DNA from: Ekhidna sp.
Lineage (GTDB): Bacteria > Bacteroidota > Bacteroidia > Cytophagales > Cyclobacteriaceae
Assembly: GCA_045106975.1 (NCBI GenBank)
Contig: JBGCFL010000026.1
Span: 23,590-87,589 of the forward strand
Length of the DNA stretch: 64,000 nt
Direction: 5' to 3'
Under the pieces are notes generated by a model. That model made no database searches and was not told the origin of the DNA. It was given only the letters and a program-made list of their open reading frames with translations. The position numbers and the translations under genes are program-made. This document shows positions 44,051 through 53,750 of the stretch, in pieces. Position 1 is the stretch's first letter. Each line of letters starts with the position of its first letter.

Positions 44051-45954
44051 GGAGTGTTTTCTTCTTTCTAGTACTGTATATAGGTTGTGGTTTTAACCTA
44101 TTCTCTCAAACACCACTTTCCACTTCAGACAAAAAAGCAAAGAAGCTTTATGAGAAGGCAGAGAAAAGTGTTAAAGATCGTGACTTTGAAGAAGCGATCA
44201 GCCTATTCAATCAAGCAGTAGTTAGAGATCCTAAGTTTTATCATGCCTATTTGAGAATGGGCTCATTACATAATACGATGGGGAATCTGGATGCTGTTTA
44301 TGTTAACTTCTCCAAGTATCTAGAATTGACTCCCAATCCATCACAAGCGGTTTTGAATCGAATGGCTTTTATGTCTTTTGATAGAGGTGATTACATCCAG
44401 TCTGATACTTATTTAAATTCGTATTTGGAATTGAAGCCTGAGATGAGAACTGAAAGGGAAATTGTATTGCTTCAGTCAAGTCTTCTCTATGCTCAAGATC
44501 AATTACAGTCAGAGTCTGACTTAAATATTGAAAAGCTACCAGAGTCAATCAATCGCTTTGACCTTCAGTACCTCCCAGCGATTACTATTGACAATTCTAC
44601 AATGATCTTTACGAAAAGAGACTTTGTGAACGATGATGAAGATATTGTGGTGAGTTATTTCCAAAATGGGAATTGGACAAGAGCAGAATCCATATCGAGT
44701 AGAATTAATTCACCACTAAACGAAGGAGCCTGCACTATATCAGCGGATGGGAATACGATGATCTTTACTTCATGTGATAGAAGAGATTCATTTGGGAGTT
44801 GTGACTTATATATTTCTCGAAAGTCACTGAGAGGATGGTCGAACCCTAAAAATGTTGGTAAACCAATTAATACGCACTATTGGGAATCTCAGCCTTCTCT
44901 TTCTGCTGATGGCAATACCTTATATTTTTCATCCAATAGGACTGGAGGTAAAGGAGGGAGAGACCTTTGGTTTTCTTCATTTATTGATGAAAAATGGACG
45001 AAACCTATAAATCTTGGAGCTAATGTAAATTCTTTTAAGGATGAAACTACTCCGTTCATTCACCCAAACAACTCTAGTCTCTACTATTCTTCAAATGGAT
45101 TCACGGGTATGGGAGGATTTGATTTATATCAATCTAGTCTTCAAGATTCTGTATGGTCTAGCCCCATTAATATGGGGTTTCCAATTAATACATATAGAGA
45201 TGAGGTAGCTCTCTTAATAGCAGGAGATGGAAAGACTGCTTATTATGCTCAGGAGAGCCAAAAGAATAATGAAATAATAGATAGTGACATTGTTAGTTTC
45301 ATCTTGCCTTATGACTTAAGAGTGGATCAAGCTTCCTACATAATAGGAAAAGTAGTGAATGCAGAAACAGGTTTTCCACTGAAAGCAGATGTTGAGGTTG
45401 TTGATGTCGTATCTAATGAATCATTGTTCAGAGACCATTCAGATTCATTGAGCGGCGAATACTTGATGGTATTACCAGCAAATAGAAATCTGGCTGGCTA
45501 TGTCAAGAAAAGAGGGTACATCTATTCAGACTTTAACTTCAGTTCTAGTCAGAGCACAATATTAGAATCAGATACCATTTTGATTGAGCTTGAAAAAGTA
45601 GCTGTTGGAAAAAACTTGGTCCTAAAAAATATATATTTTGAAGTTGATTCTTTTGAATTGGATGCGCGATCTGACTCTGAGATTGAGAGCGTCTTCGAAT
45701 TACTTAGTGAAAATCCGTCTATCTATGTAGAGATCAGTGGTCATACTGATAGTACTGGATCTGAAAAGTACAATAAGGTACTTTCTGAAAAGCGTGCCCA
45801 AACAATATATAATGAATTGATTAAAAGAGGAGTGGAATCTTCTAGATTGAAGTACAAAGGCTATGCAGATAAAAAGCCTTTGAAAGAAAGAGCAAATGAT
45901 TTCCCTAATCAGTCCAACCGAAGGATAGAATTCAGTGTCCTACGATACGAGTAG
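44005..45954 (+). CDS. TPR / TolB-like beta-propeller / OmpA C-terminal domain lipoprotein (paralog of 19996-21969)
   Basis: Lipobox YIGC and the same domain order as the first copy. OmpA-like C-terminus (GHTDSTGSEKYN..LSEKRA, NRRIEF). The ATG overlaps queE by 46 nt, so the start is uncertain. Confidence 0.75.
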   Translation: MEHFPTNTQVHGHSLRSVFFFLVLYIGCGFNLFSQTPLSTSDKKAKKLYEKAEKSVKDRDFEEAISLFNQAVVRDPKFYHAYLRMGSLHNTMGNLDAVYVNFSKYLELTPNPSQAVLNRMAFMSFDRGDYIQSDTYLNSYLELKPEMRTEREIVLLQSSLLYAQDQLQSESDLNIEKLPESINRFDLQYLPAITIDNSTMIFTKRDFVNDDEDIVVSYFQNGNWTRAESISSRINSPLNEGACTISADGNTMIFTSCDRRDSFGSCDLYISRKSLRGWSNPKNVGKPINTHYWESQPSLSADGNTLYFSSNRTGGKGGRDLWFSSFIDEKWTKPINLGANVNSFKDETTPFIHPNNSSLYYSSNGFTGMGGFDLYQSSLQDSVWSSPINMGFPINTYRDEVALLIAGDGKTAYYAQESQKNNEIIDSDIVSFILPYDLRVDQASYIIGKVVNAETGFPLKADVEVVDVVSNESLFRDHSDSLSGEYLMVLPANRNLAGYVKKRGYIYSDFNFSSSQSTILESDTILIELEKVAVGKNLVLKNIYFEVDSFELDARSDSEIESVFELLSENPSIYVEISGHTDSTGSEKYNKVLSEKRAQTIYNELIKRGVESSRLKYKGYADKKPLKERANDFPNQSNRRIEFSVLRYE

Positions 45955-46204
45955 CGAAAGGTTACTTTTATTTGATATTTTTAACATTTCTATTTTTCAG
46001 AACTTAATTAAAGTAAAGCTTTAAGTCATAGTTGATTATTTGGTAATGAGATTCTTTACAGAAGAAAACCCCTTTAAAGAATCATTTGCATCAAATTCAG
46101 CTGTTTTGCTAATTATTAATCTGTCCAATTGTTTTGTTAATTAATCTTAAAAAGTAATAACTTTCGGGATTCAAAAATTAATGTTTAACAATTAACTAGT
46201 AAGT

Positions 46205-49200
46205 ATGAAGAGGATTTTACTACTAAGTTTTGCGTTCTTAACTGTTGTTGCATTCGGTGCAATGGCGCAAAGAACCGTGTCTGGAAAGGTTACCGATGAT
46301 ACAGGTGAATCACTTCCAGGTGTGAACGTTGTGATTAAAGGCACAACGACAGGTACTACTACTGATCTTGACGGTAATTACCGTTTATCAGTGGATGATG
46401 GTGCTACTTTAACTTTCTCATTTGTAGGTTTCGAAAGCCAAGAAGTTGAAGTTGGCGCAAGAACTACAATTGATATTTCAATGGGTGGAGCTACAGAACT
46501 ACAAGAAGTTGTGGTTACGGCACAGGGTATACAAAGAGAGAAAAGAGCTCTTGGTTACGCTGTTTCTTCTGTAGATAGCGATGCATTGGAAAGAAGACCA
46601 AACAATGATGTAGCACAACTTTTAAATGGTAAAGTTGCTGGTGTAAACATTACACAAACTTCTGGTACTGCTGGTGCTGGTATGAACATCATTATTAGAG
46701 GGTATACTTCTATTGGTCAAAGTAATCAGCCATTATTCATTGTGGATGGTGTTCCATTCAATACGAATACAAATGCTGATTCAGGATTTACTGGAGGTTC
46801 TTTGAATAGTTCTTCTAGATTCTTGGATATTGATCCTAACAACATTGCAGGTATTGAAGTTCTTAAAGGACTTAGTGCAACTGTACTATACGGTGAGCAA
46901 GGTAGAAATGGTGTGATTCTTATCACAACTAAAGCTGGAGCCGCTGGAAGATCAAAAGAAGCTATGTCAGTTACATTGACTCAAGGTGTTTTTGCATCTA
47001 AAATTGCTTCTCTTCCTGATTATCAAGATCAGTATGGAAATGGTTTCCACCAATTCCCTGCGTTCTTCTTCAGTAACTGGGGAGACGATGTATCTAACGT
47101 AGAAACTGTACCTCATCCTTACTCTCAGTTTAGAGATCCAGCTCTTCTTGCTGCATTCCCTGAATTTGCCGGAGTAGATTATGAGTACAAAGCGTATGAT
47201 AATGCTCCTGCATTCTTCGAGACAGGGATTACATCTCAAACTTCTCTAGGACTTTCAGCTTCTAATGGAAAAACTAGTGTGAATTCAACCATCAGTTATG
47301 TAACTGAGGATGGTTTTATGCCAAATAACAATCTAGAGAAAATAAACTTTGGTATTGGATTAGATTCTAAGTTGGGTGAAAGATTAACGTTGAATACCAC
47401 TATGAATCTAGCATTGACTGAAACTTCTGCGCCACCATTGGGAGCATCTACTGGTAGTAGTGCATCAGGTAATGGTTCAGCATTCTATGCAAACATTCTT
47501 TACACTCCAACAACTGTTGACTTGAATGGTCTTCCATTCGAAAATCCTTTAACTGGAGCTAGTGTTTACTATAGAGGGGGTAATGATATTCCTAATCCAA
47601 ATTGGTTAGCTGAGTACACAAGATTCTCTTCTGATGTAAGTAGAGTAAGTAGTAAAACTTCTCTTACTTATGACATCTTAGATAACTTAAGTGTTACTTA
47701 TCGTGGAGGTTATGATACTTATTATGAGTTCCAAGAGTATGTTATTAACAAGGGAATAGGTCCTGGTCCAGCAAACACAGCTTTGAATGCAGGTCTTTAC
47801 AGAACTACTCATATAAGAAATTCAATATGGGATCACACAGGATTGATCAACTACAATGCAAACCTTAATCAAGATTTAAATTTAGGTGTATTAGTAGGTG
47901 TTAATGCTAGATTGGACAATTTCGAAAGAGATGGTTTGGAGAGTACTGGTCAAAATGCTTTTGGATTCATTGAGCATGGAAACTTTACAACTACTTCTTC
48001 TATTAACAGTTTCCAAGGAACTGATATTCAGACAAGAAGACAACAGAATTTATATGCAGTTTACACTAGTGTGAACTTAGATTTTAGAGATTTCTTGTAC
48101 TTAAACTTACAAGCTAGAAATGATTGGTCTTCTACTATTGAGAAGGATAATCAGTCTATCCTTTATCCTAGTGCATCATTGTCATTCATTCCTACTACTG
48201 CTTTTGAAGGGTTGGAATCTGATATGTTAAACTATATAAAGTTAAGAGTTGGTTTCGGTACATCTGCTGGATTTCCTAATCCTTACCAGACAAGAAATAC
48301 TTTAGCAGCAGTTTCTCAAGCTTTGATTGACAATGCAGGAAATACAATTTCTACTAACGCAACAAGTAATAGATTGGGTAATCCAAATTTGAAGGCGGAA
48401 ACGCACCAAGAATTGGAATTAGGATTAGAAGTTAAAGCTTTCAATAATAGAGTAGGTCTAGATCTTTCTATTTACAACAAGACTACTAAGGACTTGATTC
48501 AAAGAGCAAACCTTGATCCTAGTACTGGTTATACAGTAACTGATATCAACGCAGGTGAAATTGAGAACAAAGGAATCGAGCTTGGATTGAATGTAACTCC
48601 AATCAGATCTGGAGATTTGACTTGGGATTTGAATTTTAATTACTTCGCGTATGAATCTACAGTTGTAGAATTAGCACCCGAGTTTGGTCTAGATTTCATT
48701 CAGACTACTGGATTTACAGATTTCGCTGGTAATGCTATGATTCCAGGTGAGCCTTTCGGTGCACTTTGGGGAACTTTGACACAAAGAGATCCTGATGGAA
48801 ACAAAATTGTAGATAGTAATGGTGATTACCTTCCTTCAGATGAGCCAGGAATAATTGGTGATCCAAATCCTGACTTCAATTTGAACGGTATCAGTACACT
48901 TACTTGGAAAGGTTTAACTTTCGGAATGCAGTGGGAATACCGTCACGGTGGTGATATCTTCTCTATTTCAGGAGCAGCACTACCAGGTAGAGGACTTACT
49001 CAAGATGTAGATTTTGATCGTGAGCCACCAATAATACTTCCAGGTGTTAAGCAAACAGGGACTGACGGTGACGGAAATCCAGTGTATGCACCAAATGACA
49101 TCATGATCACAACTACTGATGCATTCTTTAACAACCTTGGATTCGGTCAAACTGAAGACAGAGTTTGGGATGGAACCACTATCAGACTAAGAGAAATTTC

Positions 49201-49426
49201 TTTAGGTTATGATTTACCTGCAGTAGTAATGGATAAATTACCATTTGCTGGTATTTCTGTTTCCGCTGTTGCTTCAAACATGTTCTTCAAGGCAGTTAAC
49301 TTCCCTGAGCATGTGAATTTTGACACTGATGTACTTGGAACAGGTGTTGGTAATGGTCTAGGTTTAGACTTCTTATCCGGTCCATCTGCTAAGAGATTTG
49401 GAGGTACTATAAAAATTACCTTTTAA
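46205..49426 (+). CDS. SusC/RagA-family TonB-linked outer-membrane transporter
   Basis: 1073 aa with a signal peptide, a carboxypeptidase-regulatory-like domain (VSGKVTDDTGESLPGVNVVIKGTTTGTTTDLDGNY), a plug (VVTAQGIQREKRALGYAV) and a C-terminal ...KITF. Confidence 0.92.
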   Translation: MKRILLLSFAFLTVVAFGAMAQRTVSGKVTDDTGESLPGVNVVIKGTTTGTTTDLDGNYRLSVDDGATLTFSFVGFESQEVEVGARTTIDISMGGATELQEVVVTAQGIQREKRALGYAVSSVDSDALERRPNNDVAQLLNGKVAGVNITQTSGTAGAGMNIIIRGYTSIGQSNQPLFIVDGVPFNTNTNADSGFTGGSLNSSSRFLDIDPNNIAGIEVLKGLSATVLYGEQGRNGVILITTKAGAAGRSKEAMSVTLTQGVFASKIASLPDYQDQYGNGFHQFPAFFFSNWGDDVSNVETVPHPYSQFRDPALLAAFPEFAGVDYEYKAYDNAPAFFETGITSQTSLGLSASNGKTSVNSTISYVTEDGFMPNNNLEKINFGIGLDSKLGERLTLNTTMNLALTETSAPPLGASTGSSASGNGSAFYANILYTPTTVDLNGLPFENPLTGASVYYRGGNDIPNPNWLAEYTRFSSDVSRVSSKTSLTYDILDNLSVTYRGGYDTYYEFQEYVINKGIGPGPANTALNAGLYRTTHIRNSIWDHTGLINYNANLNQDLNLGVLVGVNARLDNFERDGLESTGQNAFGFIEHGNFTTTSSINSFQGTDIQTRRQQNLYAVYTSVNLDFRDFLYLNLQARNDWSSTIEKDNQSILYPSASLSFIPTTAFEGLESDMLNYIKLRVGFGTSAGFPNPYQTRNTLAAVSQALIDNAGNTISTNATSNRLGNPNLKAETHQELELGLEVKAFNNRVGLDLSIYNKTTKDLIQRANLDPSTGYTVTDINAGEIENKGIELGLNVTPIRSGDLTWDLNFNYFAYESTVVELAPEFGLDFIQTTGFTDFAGNAMIPGEPFGALWGTLTQRDPDGNKIVDSNGDYLPSDEPGIIGDPNPDFNLNGISTLTWKGLTFGMQWEYRHGGDIFSISGAALPGRGLTQDVDFDREPPIILPGVKQTGTDGDGNPVYAPNDIMITTTDAFFNNLGFGQTEDRVWDGTTIRLREISLGYDLPAVVMDKLPFAGISVSAVASNMFFKAVNFPEHVNFDTDVLGTGVGNGLGLDFLSGPSAKRFGGTIKITF

Positions 49427-49451
49427 TAGAACATCATAAAATAGATAACCT

Positions 49452-51047
49452 ATGAAAAAATTATCATATTTATTAATAATCGCAATAAGTGCCGTTTCAT
49501 TTACGGCATGCGAACTCGATTTGCAAGAAAGTCCAAATGTCTTGGCTCCTGAAGGTGCTGAAATTGATTTCTTGTTGAATGGTATGGAATTGAATTTCGC
49601 AAGTTTCTTTCATCGTAGCAGTGATGTTACGGCTGAGGTGATGAGAATGGAGAACCTTACAGGTTCAACTTGGGAAAATGCATTTACAGGAACAAGTTTT
49701 GACAACATTTGGATAGATGCATATGCTGATATTCTTGTGGAATCGGAGGTTCTTAAAACTCTAGCTGGTGAAAGTAAACTTTTTCATCATAGAGGAATCG
49801 CTAGATTTATGGAAGCATACACGCTAGTAACTTTGGTTGACTTGTTTGGTGATGTTCCTTATGAAGAAGCATTAGATCCAAATAATTTCGCACCTAATGC
49901 ATCAAGTGGATCAGATATATATAACGGGGCTTTGGTTCTTTTAGATAGTGCTTTGAGGGATTTCGCTAAGACTCCTTTGACTCCAGCTTCTTCTGATTTG
50001 ATTTATGGTGGTGACTCTGATTTATGGGTAACTGCAGTAAAAACAATGCAGTTGAGAATCAATTTGCAAAGAAGGTTGGTAGATAACTCTGCTCAAGCTG
50101 CTATTGATGCTTTGATCACTGAAGGGAATTTGATTGATACAGATGCAGAAGCATTGACATTCCAATACGGAACAAACTTTCAAGCTCCTGCTTCTCAGCA
50201 CCCTCACTACAATGCAAACTATGCAGGTGGTGCAGTTGAGTACATGTCAAATTCATATATGAATTTGATGAATACAGATAAGACTGCTCCAGATCCAAGA
50301 ATGACATATTATTTCTACCGTCAAGATGTCGATGAGACAACTGATGTTACGGAAAGAAATTGTATTAATGAGAATAAGCCTGCTTGGTATGGTCCAAATG
50401 ATCATTTCTGTCAAGTTGGAAATGGATATTGGGGTCGTGATCACTTAGATAACTCAGGTATTCCACCAGATGGACAGGCTCGTACAACGTATGGTGCTTA
50501 CCCAGCTGGAGGAAAGTATGACAATGGAGAGGATGTACTAGTTGCTAATGGTGATGGTTTAGGTGGAGCTGGTATACAAGCTATGCACATGCCTGCTGCT
50601 ACAAACTTTATGCTTGCAGAAGCTGTATTAGAGTTAGGAACTGCTGGAGATGCTGCTGCTTTGTATGAAGCTGGTATTAGAGCTTCAATGACTACTGTTA
50701 CTGGTTTTGTTGCTGGTAATGCTACTCCGGTAGATATTGATTCTTATGTAACTGATGCTATGTCGCAGTACAATGCTGCTGCTAACGACGCTGAAAGACT
50801 TGAACTAATCGTCAAAGAATGGTACATCGCATCTTGGGGTAATGGTATTGATATGTATAATGCTTACAGAAGAACTACTTATCCGTCAGGTTTACAGCCG
50901 GGAGTTAGAAGTTCTGATGATGGAGCATTCTACAGGTCATTCATTTATCCTGCTAGTTACGTAAGTAGAAATGCTAATGCGGATCAGAAATCTGACAATA
51001 AAGTGCAGGTTTTCTGGGACACTAACGCACCAGACATTTTAGATTAA
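49452..51047 (+). CDS. SusD/RagB-family lipoprotein
   Basis: Lipobox FTAC, 531 aa, directly downstream of SusC. The helical TPR-like pattern with a late EW(Y)..(W)GNG...NAYRRT block is typical of SusD. Confidence 0.85.
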   Translation: MKKLSYLLIIAISAVSFTACELDLQESPNVLAPEGAEIDFLLNGMELNFASFFHRSSDVTAEVMRMENLTGSTWENAFTGTSFDNIWIDAYADILVESEVLKTLAGESKLFHHRGIARFMEAYTLVTLVDLFGDVPYEEALDPNNFAPNASSGSDIYNGALVLLDSALRDFAKTPLTPASSDLIYGGDSDLWVTAVKTMQLRINLQRRLVDNSAQAAIDALITEGNLIDTDAEALTFQYGTNFQAPASQHPHYNANYAGGAVEYMSNSYMNLMNTDKTAPDPRMTYYFYRQDVDETTDVTERNCINENKPAWYGPNDHFCQVGNGYWGRDHLDNSGIPPDGQARTTYGAYPAGGKYDNGEDVLVANGDGLGGAGIQAMHMPAATNFMLAEAVLELGTAGDAAALYEAGIRASMTTVTGFVAGNATPVDIDSYVTDAMSQYNAAANDAERLELIVKEWYIASWGNGIDMYNAYRRTTYPSGLQPGVRSSDDGAFYRSFIYPASYVSRNANADQKSDNKVQVFWDTNAPDILD

Positions 51048-51062
51048 TTAAATAAAAATAAT

Positions 51063-52019
51063 ATGAGATATATAAATAAGATTATTGTCCTATCTCTGGT
51101 TATGGTTATGTTTTCATGTACTGATGAGGATACTTTTCCATATCAGTATGATGAAATAGTTGCTAATCAAGGAGCTTTCGTTCGATTACAACAAACCGTA
51201 TCAGCAGAAGTGGACATAAGTGATATAGCTGGATCTTCTATCGCTGTTGATATACAGGAGTGGGATGTTGAAGATGGAGGCTTATTACAAGATGTAGTAT
51301 TTACAATGGAATTCATTGATAATACGCCTGGTAATGGAACTAACAATGTAGCAGCTGTTGAAGTTGAAACTGTTCCTGCTGCTAGCTTTACTGCGGATCC
51401 TGAAACAGGTCTACCAAACTATTCTTTCAGTAGAACAGCTCCACAAGCTATGGCTTTGTTGGGATTAACTACTGCGGATCTAGATGGTGGTGATGTTTTT
51501 AGATTAGAGTGGACTTTGAACTTAACTAATGGTAAGTCTTTCAATAGAAACAACCAGAGTAGTTCTTTACCTGCTTGGGATTTCTATAGTTCTCCATTCT
51601 TGGTTGATGCAACAGTAATTTGTTCTGTTGATCCTACATTTGCAACTGGTACTTATACGTTAACTCAGGTTACCGCTGGTGCTTTTGGTGGTGTGTTTGA
51701 GGCTGATTTGACAGTTGAGCTTGCATTGGATCCTGACGTTTCTACTAGAAGGAGTTTTGATGCTGTTTACTTACCGCAATTCAATATTGGTAATGGACCT
51801 GCTACATTTGCTTTCGACCTTGTTTGTGGTCGTTTAGTTGGTGTTGATAATCAAGGTTCTGGCCTTCAATGTTCTGCGGGTATTCTTTTTGGACCAGCAG
51901 AAACACCAGGTTCATATGATGTATCGGATGACAGTGTCATGACGTTAACGTTCAATGAAGATAAGACAGGAGACTGTGGTGCTGGTGCTGATGTAACTTG
52001 GACATTGACTAGACAGTAG
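51063..52019 (+). CDS. hypothetical surface lipoprotein (third gene of the SusCD locus)
   Basis: Lipobox MFSC, 318 aa, acidic and Thr/Gly-rich. No motif recognised. By position it is analogous to SusE/F. Confidence 0.55.
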   Translation: MRYINKIIVLSLVMVMFSCTDEDTFPYQYDEIVANQGAFVRLQQTVSAEVDISDIAGSSIAVDIQEWDVEDGGLLQDVVFTMEFIDNTPGNGTNNVAAVEVETVPAASFTADPETGLPNYSFSRTAPQAMALLGLTTADLDGGDVFRLEWTLNLTNGKSFNRNNQSSSLPAWDFYSSPFLVDATVICSVDPTFATGTYTLTQVTAGAFGGVFEADLTVELALDPDVSTRRSFDAVYLPQFNIGNGPATFAFDLVCGRLVGVDNQGSGLQCSAGILFGPAETPGSYDVSDDSVMTLTFNEDKTGDCGAGADVTWTLTRQ

Positions 52020-52043
52020 TAATAAATTAATTCTTTACAAAAA

Positions 52044-52075
52044 AGCTACCCTTTTATTAGGGTAGCTTTTTTTTA
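52044..52075 (+). terminator. rho-independent terminator closing the SusCD locus
   Basis: An 8-bp stem (agctaccc / gggtagct) with an 8-nt loop and an 8-T tail. Confidence 0.75.
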
Positions 52076-52241
52076 TGTTGTTATAGAACCATTCAGTTAT
52101 GCATTTAGCTAATTGATACAAAAACATATGATTAATTTCTTGACATATTATAGATTCGCGTTCGGTTTTATTTCTGAAGGGAAGCTTTTGGATGTCATTT
52201 AAAAATCATCAAATAATAGGACTTAAACAGTAAAATGTTCA

Positions 52242-53729
52242 ATGTTATCTAATCAATCATTTCTACTTAGAATTCTTTCTTTATTGTTTGCTTTTTCTTA
52301 TCTCTCATCGTGTAACGAGAATGAGGTATCAGACAATAGTATTTTAACCGAAGAAGTTATTTATGTAAGTGGATCAACCGTCCGTATTGTGGGACGTGTT
52401 TTGGAATTATCAGGTGCGACTGTAAATGATTACGGTTTCTTGATTGACACTAATGAAGATTTTACAAATCCGATAGAAATCTCCGTGGAAAATCAAGTTT
52501 CACTTGGTAGATTTATTGGAGAGACGAATCTTTTGGAAAAGGAAAAGTTATATTTCTGTAGAACCTATCTAGATATAGGTGACCAGCGAATCTTTGGAAA
52601 TGTACTAAATTTTAATAGTTTGCCACCATTCTTATTTGATTTTAACCCCAAGCTAGCTAAGCCAGGGGATGTTGTTACAGTAGAAGGTGCGAATCTTACC
52701 GGCGATACGAAGATATTTTTTGGTGATATAGAAGCTGATGTTTTAGATGTAGTTTTAGAGTCAAGGGTGCAGGTAATTGTTCCCGAATCATCCGTTGAAT
52801 TTGATGTCGATATAACGCTTGTTACTGAAGATATAGAACTTATCTCTAGTGAAAAATTTTCTTATGTAACAGGAAAATGGGAGGTCTTTCAGGAATTTTT
52901 TCAAACACAAACTTATTCTGAGACTTTGTCTTTTTTGAAGGATGAATATTTTTATTATGGATTAGGAGTCAAGAGTGATGACGGTTTTGGTATTAATAGT
53001 AGATTATGGAGGATGAATCTTAGTTCTGGTACATGGGAGGATACTAATTTTGGTGCTTTATCAAGATTCCCGTTTGTCGCTGATGCCTATTTTGGAGGTG
53101 GAGGTGTGAATTTCTTTGGAGGACGGTCTTTTAGCAATGAATTTAGATTTTTTGATGGTAATAATTTTGTAAACTTAGAAGAAGCGCCATTTAAGCTCTA
53201 TCGCGCAACAGCATTTGCTTTAGAGGATAGAGTTATTGTTGTTGGAGGACAGGATGAGGATTCAAAGCAAAACAGACAAGTATATTCATATTCTATATCT
53301 AATAACTCATGGACTGAGAATGGTTTTCTGCCATTCGTTGTTGATGGTCCATCTCCTCATTTCGTTTACGATAGGACTTTGTACTTATTTAATCCCAAGG
53401 ATAATTATTTATGGGAATACAATAGTCAAACTGATAAATGGAGTCAAAGTATAGAGATTCCAACTACTTCTGCTACTGGAGGTTTTGCCACTGTACTTAA
53501 TGACAAGGTTTACATCGGAATGTTCGATTTAACCAATGACGTATGGGAACTTGATATGTCCACTTTACAATTAGAAGAAAAAATAGGGTATCCTAATTCG
53601 AAGGGTGATTCATTTACTGAATCTTTTGCCTATAATAATAGAATATATTACACTGTAAATCCTTTTACAACTATTCCCCAAGGACCTAAGCCTATGCAAA
53701 TATGGTCTTTTGATCCTAACGAAAAATAA
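52242..53729 (+). CDS. IPT/TIG-domain plus Kelch-like beta-propeller lipoprotein
   Basis: Lipobox LSSC, an IPT/TIG-like segment (FNPKLAKPGDVVTVEGANLTGDTKIFFGDIEADV) and Kelch-like repeats (RVIVVGGQDE...VYSYSISNNSW). Confidence 0.6.
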   Translation: MLSNQSFLLRILSLLFAFSYLSSCNENEVSDNSILTEEVIYVSGSTVRIVGRVLELSGATVNDYGFLIDTNEDFTNPIEISVENQVSLGRFIGETNLLEKEKLYFCRTYLDIGDQRIFGNVLNFNSLPPFLFDFNPKLAKPGDVVTVEGANLTGDTKIFFGDIEADVLDVVLESRVQVIVPESSVEFDVDITLVTEDIELISSEKFSYVTGKWEVFQEFFQTQTYSETLSFLKDEYFYYGLGVKSDDGFGINSRLWRMNLSSGTWEDTNFGALSRFPFVADAYFGGGGVNFFGGRSFSNEFRFFDGNNFVNLEEAPFKLYRATAFALEDRVIVVGGQDEDSKQNRQVYSYSISNNSWTENGFLPFVVDGPSPHFVYDRTLYLFNPKDNYLWEYNSQTDKWSQSIEIPTTSATGGFATVLNDKVYIGMFDLTNDVWELDMSTLQLEEKIGYPNSKGDSFTESFAYNNRIYYTVNPFTTIPQGPKPMQIWSFDPNEK

Positions 53730-53750
53730 TTCAGAAACTCATTTACGTAT

